DNA from: Candidatus Bathyarchaeota archaeon
GTDB taxonomy: Archaea; Thermoproteota; Bathyarchaeia; Bathyarchaeales; Bathycorpusculaceae
Length of the DNA: 56,386 bases
NCBI GenBank assembly: GCA_963811105.1
Contig: CAWEPZ010000006.1
Coordinates: 1-56,386, forward strand
Direction: 5' to 3'
A program made the position numbers and the translations under genes. Below are positions 21,502 to 31,164 of the stretch, in pieces. Positions within the stretch are counted from its first letter, which is position 1; each line of letters begins with the position of its first letter. Under the pieces are notes generated by a model. That model made no database searches. It worked only from the letters and a program-made list of their open reading frames with translations, and had not been told where the DNA came from.

Positions 21502-22709
21502 CTTTTCGTTTCTTCCAATTCAATAGTTTTCGCTTCAATTACGACCGCAATAGTTATCACTATAGCCAACGCTGAACCTATTGCAATAACAACTATGTGC
21601 TCTTGAATGAAAGACAAATTTGAATTTGACTCATCATTCAAGAAAGTTTGGTCATCCCTATAAGTGGGGCTAAGGGTTTGGTTGGAAGTTGTTAAAGTTG
21701 GCGTTGACGTTGGGTTCTCATTGTCTTTGCCTAGATTTACTGCCGAAACTGTGTTGCCGTTAAAGTTTACAACGTAGGCATATGCATTATTTGGAGTTAA
21801 AGCTACTCCGTAAGGGCCATTTCCAACTGTTATTGTTCCTGTCACTTTATTCAAGATTGTATTTATCACTGCCACCGAATTGCTGCCGCCGTTTGTGACG
21901 TAAGCTTCTGCGCCGTTGGATGTTATGGCTATGTCAAAAGGCTGGATTAAACCAGTTATCTTCGAAATTACAGTGTTCGTAGCAGTTCTAATCACTGACA
22001 CTGAACCGCTGCCAGAATTTGAAACATACGCATATTCCCCGTTAGGCGTTACAGCAACATCAACGGGACCGCTTTCAACAGTTATTGTCGCATTCAGCGT
22101 ATTTGCGATAGTGTTTATCACTGAAACTGTTCCGATGCCAAAATTCGCAACATACGCGTATTCGCCGTTAGGCGTAAAGGCTATGCCTTGAGGGTTGCTT
22201 CCGACAGTTATCGTCTTTATGACTTTATCTGATTCTGTTTTTATCACCGAAACTGTGCTGCTGCCAAAATTTGTAACGTATGCATAGTCACCGCTGGGCG
22301 TTATGGCTATACCGTGAGGACCATTATCTACGGTAATTGTCTTGACCACTTTATTCGTGGTTACGTTTATTTTCCAGACCGAACCGCTTCCGCCATTTGT
22401 AATATAAATGTAATCACCGCTAGGCGTAAAAGCCATAGCAAATGGGTCGTTTCCACCTGTTATTTTCGTTGTAACTTGGTTGGTTGTTGTTTCTATTACC
22501 CAAATAGAACTGGTTCCCCCGTTTGAAACATATGCAAAAGCACCGTTGGGTGTTACAGCCACCTCAAAAGGCTCGCTTAAACCAGTTATCGTTGACGTCA
22601 ACGTCTGCGCTTGTACTAGCTGAGGCAATGATTCGAAGGCTAAGAACAAAAAGAAGAGGGCGAGAAAGACACTGCTCACACTTAAAGTCTTTTTTGTCCT
22701 TCGCTTCAT
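21498..22709 (-). CDS. secreted YVTN/YncE beta-propeller protein
   Basis: Seven repeats of P..A.TPNG.YAYV.N..S.TVSVI, with signal peptide and C-terminal TM. Confidence 0.9.
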   Translation of the reverse strand: MKRRTKKTLSVSSVFLALFFLFLAFESLPQLVQAQTLTSTITGLSEPFEVAVTPNGAFAYVSNGGTSSIWVIETTTNQVTTKITGGNDPFAMAFTPSGDYIYITNGGSGSVWKINVTTNKVVKTITVDNGPHGIAITPSGDYAYVTNFGSSTVSVIKTESDKVIKTITVGSNPQGIAFTPNGEYAYVANFGIGTVSVINTIANTLNATITVESGPVDVAVTPNGEYAYVSNSGSGSVSVIRTATNTVISKITGLIQPFDIAITSNGAEAYVTNGGSNSVAVINTILNKVTGTITVGNGPYGVALTPNNAYAYVVNFNGNTVSAVNLGKDNENPTSTPTLTTSNQTLSPTYRDDQTFLNDESNSNLSFIQEHIVVIAIGSALAIVITIAVVIEAKTIELEETKR

Positions 22710-22733
22710 TGTTTCACCTTACCAGTCAAACCC

Positions 22734-22844
22734 CTACGCACAACAGGTCAGCCAAAATATACCACAGTTAGCCTTTGCCAACGGAATTAAAAGTAAGCCA
22801 GAAAGAAAAATTATGCAAACCAATGCTTCAACTCTTTTTCTCAT
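22734..22844 (-). pseudogene. orphan signal-peptide stub upstream of the YVTN gene
   Basis: MRKRVEALVCIIFLSGLLLIPLAKANCGIFWLTCCA*. Confidence 0.4.
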
Positions 22845-23083
22845 GCTTTCTCCGATTTACGGTTAGGTTGTTAAAGGAATAAAAGCCTATTCGTCAAGAT
22901 TTCTTGATTTTACAACTGGTTCGGTTTGGTCAATGTTTCTCCTATATAAGGAAACGAGCCTAAAGACCTAACCAGACAGGCCTCTAACCATACTTCACCT
23001 CATCCACACTTAAATTTCCTCCACAAATGTGTTTCAGACAACATTCTCTTATCAGCGAACAAAGTCGCCTACACCATTGAGTT

Positions 23084-23404
23084 TCAATTAAGGAAGCGGG
23101 AATTCTGGCAGATGGCCCATAAGACATCGCCGTGGATCTTAGCGACGAAACCCATCCACTGCACCGCAAACATAAACAGGATATCCGGTGTAACACATGG
23201 ATTAAATTTAAGACGGTAACCGCTCTCAAAGACACATCTTTTGATTAATACGCAGCTTGTTCCCGCCATAACCCAGCCGCCCAGGATCTTGCCCTCAACA
23301 GCGTTTAGCGGTAAATACCAAACAGTCATGTTTTCATCTAAAAAACCAAGAATTAATCCTTAGCCGTTATGTCGACGCACAAACCCACAAGCGCCATCAA
23401 CATT
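23084..23404 (-). pseudogene. C-terminal half of the glycosyltransferase-like relic
   Basis: NVDGACGFVRRHNG*GLILGF...AGTSCVLIKRCVFE...TPDILF...GFVAKIHGDVL/GHLPEFPL, a GT2-like GxxCxLIKR..D..H pattern. Confidence 0.6.
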
Positions 23405-23651
23405 TGATTGTGACTATTTTAGCAGTTGCTTCTATAACATCATTAATTGTTGGCGGAAGCGTTGGTCTGAAAATTTGTAGAAGGAATCGAAGAGCTCTGA
23501 AGTAAGCCAGTAAATCTTTTTCCACGCGGCAAATGCGTGGTTACTGTTCCGCATTAGAACGCCGTCAAGCGATAGTGAGCAAACAACGGATAATAAACAT
23601 TAACCAAAAAATTATTTAAAGCGAGAAAACAAATCTATATTTGAATGTTGT

Positions 23652-24299
23652 ATGAACAAAAAAATATTGGCCATTCTTGTGTTGACATGCTTTCTTTTTC
23701 CTATGAGTGCTATCCAAGCACAAACTAAGCCTTCTGTAGGATTAAAAGCGGGTGATTGGATAGAGTTCAATTCTGCTACAACTGGGAATCTTCCGGTAGG
23801 GCATGATGTGATGTGGTTTAGAATGGAAATAATCAATACTACTGGCACCCAAATTTTGGTTAATATTGTTGCAGAATCCAATAACGGTACATATACAAGC
23901 TCAATTAGAACCATCGATTTCAATACTGGCGATACGCAGGCATGGATAATCATACCTGCTAACCTTAGTCCAGGTGACTCGTTTTACGACAATTTATCAA
24001 ATTCCACAATAACTATTCAGGGAGAAAAAACTGAAACGATAGATGGCACGTCTAGAACAGTTACTTATGTCCATACGCCTCAGAGGAATAAAGAATGGGA
24101 CAAAGCAACGGGCATATTTGTTCAAACCATAGATAACTATCCAGATTACACCGTCACGGCAAACACAATCGCAACAAACATGTGGGAGCCTCAGATAATT
24201 GGACTTAACCCAACGGTGTTCTATTCTGTAATGACAATCATCATTATTTTGGTGTCTGCCGCTATCTTGGTAATTATTTCGTTTCGTAAGAAGAAATAA
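23652..24299 (+). CDS. secreted, C-terminally anchored hypothetical protein
   Basis: Signal peptide, VGLKAGDWIEF, WDKATGI and a TM ending in RKKK. Confidence 0.8.
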   Translation: MNKKILAILVLTCFLFPMSAIQAQTKPSVGLKAGDWIEFNSATTGNLPVGHDVMWFRMEIINTTGTQILVNIVAESNNGTYTSSIRTIDFNTGDTQAWIIIPANLSPGDSFYDNLSNSTITIQGEKTETIDGTSRTVTYVHTPQRNKEWDKATGIFVQTIDNYPDYTVTANTIATNMWEPQIIGLNPTVFYSVMTIIIILVSAAILVIISFRKKK

Positions 24300-24615
24300 G
24301 TGGCTTTATCAAATCGTTTCTTGTCATTGACTATCGAATCTTTTCGTTAGTCAAGACAGGATGTAAAGTGATTTTCTGGATGGACCTCCGATAAGCCAGT
24401 ATGTCCCATTTGGAAATTCGTCAAGCAGTCTTGTTGCAAGTCTACCTTTTAACTAACATTTTCTCTAAACCTAAAATCAATGATACAATTATTTTTGCGA
24501 ACAACATAACGCTGGTTATTTCTTCTGTAATATTAGTAGTTATGCTTAGAAAGAAAAAAGAACAAGAATAGACCAACCAGGCGCTAAGACCTCTAAATCA
24601 TAATTCAGTTTTATT

Positions 24616-24652
24616 GGTGTATTAGTGCTAGTATCGCTAATGCAATCTCAAG
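24616..24652 (+). repeat. 37-bp direct repeat, copy 2
   Basis: Identical to 4539-4575. Confidence 0.9.
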
Positions 24653-24714
24653 AGTTAAAGGCAATTAGGACCACATATTGGTGGTGTACTCATTCTATTA
24701 CTAGGTTGACTGTC

Positions 24715-25173
24715 GTGAGTAAGCAAGACTTTAAGCTCTTGGAGGACGTTAAGCCAGGGGACCTTATTTCTGTTGATTGGTGTGATGCATCTACTGGAAA
24801 AAGCAGTATGAACGGCGGAGCTGTAGATGTTCCGGTGCAAAGCTGGGGCATCTTTCTTGGAGTAATAGCAGGCCGTGTTCAACACATCATTTTAGCGCAG
24901 AATAGTTTCTCATTTACGGAAACCGTGTTTGACCTAGATTATACTTCTATTCCGGTGGGGTGGACAGTCGGAGTTAAAGTTCTAGTTCGCGCAAGCGTAA
25001 ACAGGGAAATTGCTGACTGCATGATTCACAGCTTCGCCAAGAGCAGTTCAGGACAGTCTCGCTCAAGCATTGTCTCATCTAATCTTCTAAACCCACGGGC
25101 TCCCAGGATATTCATGTACCATCGCATGCAAAGAGTGAGGATGAGGATGAGGATGCCTTGGCAGAAAATCTAA
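24715..25173 (+). CDS. hypothetical protein, first gene of the terminase module
   Basis: Probable GTG start (VSKQDF); PGDLISVDWCDASTGKS...SWGIFLG. Confidence 0.65.
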   Translation: MSKQDFKLLEDVKPGDLISVDWCDASTGKSSMNGGAVDVPVQSWGIFLGVIAGRVQHIILAQNSFSFTETVFDLDYTSIPVGWTVGVKVLVRASVNREIADCMIHSFAKSSSGQSRSSIVSSNLLNPRAPRIFMYHRMQRVRMRMRMPWQKI

Positions 25174-25409
25174 TCAAACGTGCCCTCACTCGACATCGAC
25201 AAGTCCGCGGCCGCCCAACACCGGAAGTTGAATTACCAGACGAACGCCTAGTTCTAGGTGTAGAATTTGCGATTGCAATGGCCATTTGCCTATCAATCCT
25301 CGAGGTTGCCCACATGGCTATATTGGGCAGCTGGAACAGCGAAATCTTCGCAACCATCTCAGGCCTAGTCGGAATCATAATCGGCTTATTTGTGGGGAAA
25401 AAACATTGA
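25158..25409 (+). CDS. small two-TM membrane protein
   Basis: GAGG RBS, basic N-terminus and two TM helices. Confidence 0.7.
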   Translation: MAENLIKRALTRHRQVRGRPTPEVELPDERLVLGVEFAIAMAICLSILEVAHMAILGSWNSEIFATISGLVGIIIGLFVGKKH

Positions 25410-25512
25410 ATGCTAAAATAGTTTCTCAGAAAACCTGGAACACCTGGAACAGCTGGAACAGAATTATAAGCGGAGCAATAGATCGAGTCTGCAGCAGGAC
25501 AGGAAGACCTTA

Positions 25513-25968
25513 ATGGCGAAGGGCAAGCCTTGGACCGTTGAAGAGGAAAGGCAGCTTCGAGAGCTCGTAACAGAAAAAAAGTCCATGCGGTCCATTGCAA
25601 AGCTTATGAGTAAAACCCTTATGGCTGTACGGTTGAAAGCAGCTCGCTTAGGCTTAGAAGAAGATAATGAGAGGCAAAAAAAAACCACGCCATTATCTTC
25701 TACCCTTGAGAAGTTAGTTTTGCCCGATGAGTTGCCTTCAATTGAAGAAAAACTCAAGACCTTAGTTGGCGCCTTGGAGCAACTTGAAAAGGGCAAATTG
25801 GATAAACTTGGTGTTTTACGTTTACGCACAATCATTATGGGCGTAAAAGTGTACCAGGAGCTCATAGCAGAATACGTCGATTATCGAGGCCTTGAGACTG
25901 AAATGCTGGAATGGAGGGACAAGTATGCGGACCTTGCAAAAAACACCACGAACCCTCCGGCCAAATAA
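25513..25968 (+). CDS. HTH protein, putative terminase small subunit
   Basis: KPWTVEEERQLREL..SMRSIAKLM HTH plus helical C-terminus, overlapping the TerL start. Confidence 0.6.
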   Translation: MAKGKPWTVEEERQLRELVTEKKSMRSIAKLMSKTLMAVRLKAARLGLEEDNERQKKTTPLSSTLEKLVLPDELPSIEEKLKTLVGALEQLEKGKLDKLGVLRLRTIIMGVKVYQELIAEYVDYRGLETEMLEWRDKYADLAKNTTNPPAK

Positions 25969-27374
25969 ATTCAGTGATAACCGAGCTAAGACACGCGGGA
26001 ATATTGGTTCTTTACAGGCGAATAGACTCAGCAAGGTTGAGACGCTAAAGACGGATCCGCTTGAGTTTTTCCGTCAAATCCTAGGAGTGGAGCCGACAGA
26101 TTACGAGAAGGAGCTTATCGAGCTTTTCCAAAAGAACCAGTTTGTAGCCGCCCGGTGGAGCCGACAATCAGGCAAAAGCTTCACAACCTCTGGAATTCTA
26201 CTCAATTACGCCCTAGTGAATCCCAATTCCTACATTGGTGTAGTTGGTCCTAGTTGGCGCCAAACAAAACTTGTCATTCGACGCATTGGGGATTTTGCGA
26301 GGCGGCTGCCGCCTGGCTCCAAAATTACTGTGCAGAAAACAAAGATATCTTGCCCTAATGGCAGTATCATTGAGGCTTTCCCCAACAATCCCGATACCAT
26401 CCGAGGGCCTACCTTGCACGTGGTCTATGCTGACGAATTCAATTTCATACCTAACGCCGAAGACCTCTATGATGCTGCTCTCTTTCACTTTGGGAACTAC
26501 TAACGGGAAATTTATCTGCACAAGCACTCCATGGAACACGGATAGCCTTTTTTGGCGGATCTGCAATAAATCTGACTTTGATGATTTCGCCAGGCATCAT
26601 GTAACTTGGGAGCGAGCCCAAGAACCGAACGGACCGTTGAAGCTGGGGATTTTGGAGAAGATTCGCAAGCAGCTGCGCGATGATCCTGCCCGGTGGCGCC
26701 GCGAAATGGAGGCGGAGTGGGCAGAGGATGAAGACGTCTGGCTATCCCAAAACCTCATCGCCGCCTGTGTCGGCACAGTAAAAAACTGCAAGGAAGACCT
26801 GCAGGAGTTTGACATTAACGGTATAGCGGAGGGGGAATTCTACGCTGGCCTGGATCCTGCCCAAACAAGAGACTACCACGTCCTGAGTGTAATTGAACGA
26901 AGGGATGAGCAGCTGCTGCTTAGGCATCTGAAGATTTTTCCACATCCAACCTATGACGCCTATGTCCTTGGCTACCTCAAAACGCTGCAGGACCGCTGGG
27001 GTGGATTCCGACAAATCAGAGTTGATGTTACTCGAGAAGGACCCAGCTTCATAGCAGACATGGAGAACGCCGGCATAAACAATGCTGAAGGCGTAATCTT
27101 CAGCTCGCCCAGGAAAAGTGAGATGGCAGCCCTGCTCAAGAAGCGAATGCAGGACAAACGTTTCTTTTATCCGCTGCTAAGCTGGGATCGGCCGTACCAT
27201 GGGGACATCTGCAATGAATTTAATCTGGAACGCTTTGCCCTGAGAAAGGACGGCGGATTAGCCTTTAGCCATCCGCAGGGAACCCATGATGACGTCTTTT
27301 GGGCTACAGCCCTAGCCGTTTACGCTACAGTAAAAATGACGGTGTTTGACATGGAGGCATTGCACTTTGGTTAG
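25925..27374 (+). CDS. terL: terminase large subunit (one 1-nt frameshift near 26485)
   Basis: Walker A RWSRQSGKS, DTIRG, Walker B VYADEF, coupling motif TSTP, nuclease GLDPA and HDDVFWATAL. Confidence 0.85.
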
Positions 27375-27398
27375 CCCTATGGTTAGCCCTATGGTTAG
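27368..27398 (+). repeat. 12-bp tandem repeat at the terL / MuF-like junction
   Basis: TGGTTAGCCCTA twice, plus TGGTTAG. Confidence 0.8.
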
Positions 27399-27696
27399 TT
27401 TCTTCACAAGCTACGATTATTGGGAAGTGCACCTGGTCAATAACGAGAGAGGTCCTTGTGGAAAGTGCCAATACTACGCTCAAGTGGGCGTTTTAAATGG
27501 TGAGTGGTTGCAGGGCATGTTCCCTTGGCTAAAGATCATTAATGATAACGAGATCAAATGCAACATTCACCCAAACTGTCAGTGTTATCTGAAGCGAGTT
27601 CTCTTGCCATATGATAAGCCAACTGTTGCCGATCCCGAGGCTGTTGTAACTGAAAGTAAGCAGCTGCTTGCAGATTACAATTTAGGAGGGTACTAG
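27379..27696 (+). CDS. small protein with a MuF/SPP1-gp7-like Cys-His motif
   Basis: CGKC ... IHPNCQC, resembling the HPNCRC signature of MuF. Confidence 0.55.
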   Translation: MVSPMVSFFTSYDYWEVHLVNNERGPCGKCQYYAQVGVLNGEWLQGMFPWLKIINDNEIKCNIHPNCQCYLKRVLLPYDKPTVADPEAVVTESKQLLADYNLGGY

Positions 27697-27698
27697 GC

Positions 27699-29146
27699 AT
27701 GAACAACCGGGAAGATGTGCTGAAGATCCGTAAGCTCAGACGGATCTACGATCGCAGTAAGGACAGATTTACTTTTCACGTCGAGTACGAAACTATCACG
27801 GAGATTACGCCAAGGACCCTGGTTGTTGCTGAAGCCTTTGGTCTAGGGATTGATGAGGCTCAAAAGTTTCTTGTCCTAAACACTATTTTGCAGATTAGCC
27901 CTAGAGATATTGTGTTAGTTACGGGTGATAGTGGCAGCGGCAAGAGTGTTTTGCTGCGAGCACTCCGAGAGGATCTTGGCTCTGAAGCTGTAGACATGGC
28001 CGACGTCCAAGTGGACGAAAACAAGCCGTTAATTGATACTATCGGCGCCACAGTTGAAGAGGCCTTGGAGCTCCTGAGCAAAGTCGGATTGAATGATGCT
28101 TTCCTATTCCTGCGGCCGTATAAGCAGCTGAGCGACGGCCAAAAATACCGATATCGAGTTGCCAAACTCATTGAAACCGGAGCTCAATGGTGGCTCATGG
28201 ACGAGTTCTGCGCTCTTCTGGATCGGGACACGGCGAAGATTATTGCGTTTAACGTCCAGAAATTGGCGCGGCAGCAGGGAAAAGCTGTCATCGTTGCAAC
28301 TACCCACGCAGACCTCTTTGAGGATCTGGCGCCATCCGTAAGCATTCACAAGCGGTTTGGGGAAGAAATTCAAATCGACTATTACCCAAATATCGCCAAA
28401 GCAGTATGCACCCTGATTAGAGAGATGAAAGTTGAGGAGGGCACTAGGGAGGATTGGATAAAACTTTGCCGTTTCCATTACCGAGGCCACGGATTTCTCA
28501 GTTGCAAGAAAATTCTTCCGCGTAACCCGAAACGGTGAGCTCTGCGGCGTCATTATTTACTCTTACCCGCCACCGGCATGCTACGGAAGAAGGATGGTTC
28601 TGCCCAAAAATGTCAATGCAGGAAATAAACCAGCAACTAAGCACAATCAACCGCGTGGTCATTCACCCAAAATATCGAACCATAGGCTTAGGAGCCAAGT
28701 TAATTCGGGAGAGTCTGCCGCTTGCCGGCACGCCGTATGTGGAGCTAATCGCAGTGATGGCAAAATATAATCCGTTCGCAGAAAAGGCAGGCATGCAAAA
28801 AATCACTCAACAAACCTACGTTGAGAGCGTTTCCAGAGTTTCTAAGGCCCTGCAGAATTTAGGCTTCACCTTGCAGCTCCTAGGCAGCAGCCACTACGTC
28901 GAATCAAAGCTTAAAACGCTAAATAGCCAAGAAATAAGTTGCCTCAAAGAAGCATTTGGCAAGAATAGCCATCCGAGATTCAAAAAAGTCTTCTCCGGGA
29001 AAGGTCAGCCGTATGGGAAAGGATCTGCCTATCTTCAGCATCTGCAGGATGCGGACCTCACAAAAATGGCGAAGCTGATAAAGATCGCTAGTATGCTCCT
29101 GCAGACGAAGGTCTACTTATTTTGGAAGAAAAATTGCCTAACCTGA
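27699..29146 (+). CDS. ABC-type ATPase fused to a GNAT acetyltransferase (two 1-nt frameshifts near 28495 and 28610)
   Basis: GDSGSGKS, LSDGQ, MDEF and ATTH; then RFHYRGH..GELCGVIIYSYPP and RVVIHPKYRTIGLGAKL (GNAT motif A), and YNPFAEKAGM. Confidence 0.8.
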
Positions 29147-29997
29147 AATATCGCTTGAGTAAAGCAACGTGAATTAAAAGTGTTAGTATGCGTATGTTAT
29201 GGAGAAAAGGCCTGCTGATACTATTACTGAAGCCCGAAACCTGGACCGGGTGAGAATGGAGCATGTGGTACTTGGATAGCCATAGGCTTTGGTAAAAAAG
29301 ACATCAACGGCTTCTATGAAAACCCTATCACCCTTTCCAACCTCAGGGCTTCAAGAGCTGCGAGCTTGAAGAAAGAAACCATCTGAATGGAATCGAAATG
29401 CTTTATAAAAGATGACCTGAATATTCAGGGCAAGACTGAGATAATCGGTGGGTTTGTTGAAGTTTTTGCTGTTTTTTCTATGTAGTTTTTGATTTCTTGC
29501 AGTATGTTGGGGGCGTAGGTTGGGAGGCTGGATTTTGACTTTTTGGTTTTGGAACTGCGAGGTTAGGAGTGCGTTTTTTATTTGGGCGTTTTCGAAGTTT
29601 TTTAGGGAGTAGTCTAGGCGTTTTTCTTTAAGTTTGCCGGGGGATGTTCGACTATTATTAGGCGGTGGCTGGTTAATCATCCGGAGCCATTGGCAAGCTG
29701 GAAGGTAAGAAATATTGGTTCTCAAGGGTAGAAGAAAACTTCCAGAGTTCCTTTGTGGCTGGTGCTATTTTGATTTTTCCTCTTTCAGATTCTTAGCAAC
29801 CTGCACAATTAACTCGTCAAGTATAGTCGCGCGCTAACTTTTAACATATAATAGGGTTATTGAAGAAATAAAGCAATCTTGTGCCTGTTCTATCACAATC
29901 ACATCACTTTTTATTCGAAGCTATTCACAGTTAGCTTGCTTAGCATATGCTAATAATGTAGAGCAACTTGAAAATTTTTATGAGGAGGTGAAAAATA

Positions 29998-31164
29998 ATG
30001 GAAGATATTGATGATATTGCTGTTGCAGCTGGAGGCTTCAAAACATTTATGGCGGCGGTAAAAGCTGCAGGATTAGTTGAAACACTAAAAGGTCCAGGTC
30101 CATTCACAATTTTTGCGCCAGATGATCGTGCTTTTTCATTGCTTCCTGCAGGTTCAGTGGATGAACTATTGAAGGATGTTCCAAAGCTTAAGGCGATTCT
30201 GATGTACCATGTTGTTCCTGGAAAGTTTACTGTTGACGAAATAGGCCAAATGAAGACAGCTAAAACTGTCCAAGGGCAGGAAATTCAGATTGATGGAAGC
30301 AAATGGCATTTTCATATAAACCCGGTAATTAATAATGACGCACACATAGTAAATACAGACGTTGTAATAGACAATGGTATAGTCCATGTTGTGGACAGAG
30401 TGCTTATGCCAAATATGGATCTTACATGTCCGATGGATGGCATGGGCTTCATGACCAAACAAGCTATGGATGATCACACTAAGAACGCCCACGTAGTTGA
30501 GAAAACCCCCGAAGCACCGATGCCTGCTGAAGTTGTGCCGGTGGTTGAGAGGGCTCCAGAACCAACGCCAATCGTAGAAGAACCAGTAGTAGAGAAGACA
30601 TCGGAACCAATGCCAGTCACTGATGCACTGCCAGTAGTTGAAAAAGCACCAGAGCCAATGCCAAGCACTGAGGTCATGCCGGTAGTTGAGGCGGCGCCTG
30701 AACCGTTGCCACCTACTGAAGTTATAACGGAACAGATGCCAGTAGCAGCGAAAGTGACAGGAGTTTTTGAGGTTTTCTGTGACGCTGTTTATAGGTTCCG
30801 TTTCCATCTGAAAGCTACAAATGGACAGATAATTGCTGTAAGCCAATCGTACGGGACAAAAGAGGCCGCTCTAAAAGGCATTGCTTCAATACAAAAGAAT
30901 GCTCCAATAGCTACGATCGCTGATTCCACAACTAAAGAGACTATACCGGATTCTGCGCACCGAGGAATTGTACAAGATCCAGATTTCGAAATTCAATGTG
31001 ATTCTGCTGGTAAGTTCCGTTTCCATCTGAAAGCTGCTAATGGGGAGATAATTGCTGCAAGCCAGTCCTATCTGTCAAGAGAGTCAGCCGAAAAAGGTAT
31101 AGCGTCGATAAAGAAGAATGCTCCAATGGCAAAGATCATTGATCAAACCACTGCGTTAACATAA
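29998..31164 (+). CDS. fasciclin domain + Pro/Glu/Val-rich repeats + two DUF1508 (YegP-like) domains
   Basis: GPFTIFAPDDRAF, ILMYHVVPG and NGIVHVVDRVL; VVEK.PEPMP repeats; two FRFHLKA.NG.IIA.SQSY..K..A.KGIASI.KNAP units. Confidence 0.85.
   Translation: MEDIDDIAVAAGGFKTFMAAVKAAGLVETLKGPGPFTIFAPDDRAFSLLPAGSVDELLKDVPKLKAILMYHVVPGKFTVDEIGQMKTAKTVQGQEIQIDGSKWHFHINPVINNDAHIVNTDVVIDNGIVHVVDRVLMPNMDLTCPMDGMGFMTKQAMDDHTKNAHVVEKTPEAPMPAEVVPVVERAPEPTPIVEEPVVEKTSEPMPVTDALPVVEKAPEPMPSTEVMPVVEAAPEPLPPTEVITEQMPVAAKVTGVFEVFCDAVYRFRFHLKATNGQIIAVSQSYGTKEAALKGIASIQKNAPIATIADSTTKETIPDSAHRGIVQDPDFEIQCDSAGKFRFHLKAANGEIIAASQSYLSRESAEKGIASIKKNAPMAKIIDQTTALT

Noticed and set aside
24319-24361. Integron attC site
   Set aside because: Bulged hairpin, but no RYYYAAC/GTTRRRY ends, and the integrase lacks recognisable IntI features; may be a terminator
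26470-26503. Programmed ribosomal frameshift in terL
   Set aside because: No slippery heptamer; looks like a single extra T, like many neighbouring indels
29351-29725. Lys/Asn/Gln-rich ORF
   Set aside because: Compositionally biased with no motif; possibly a relic, but I cannot assign it
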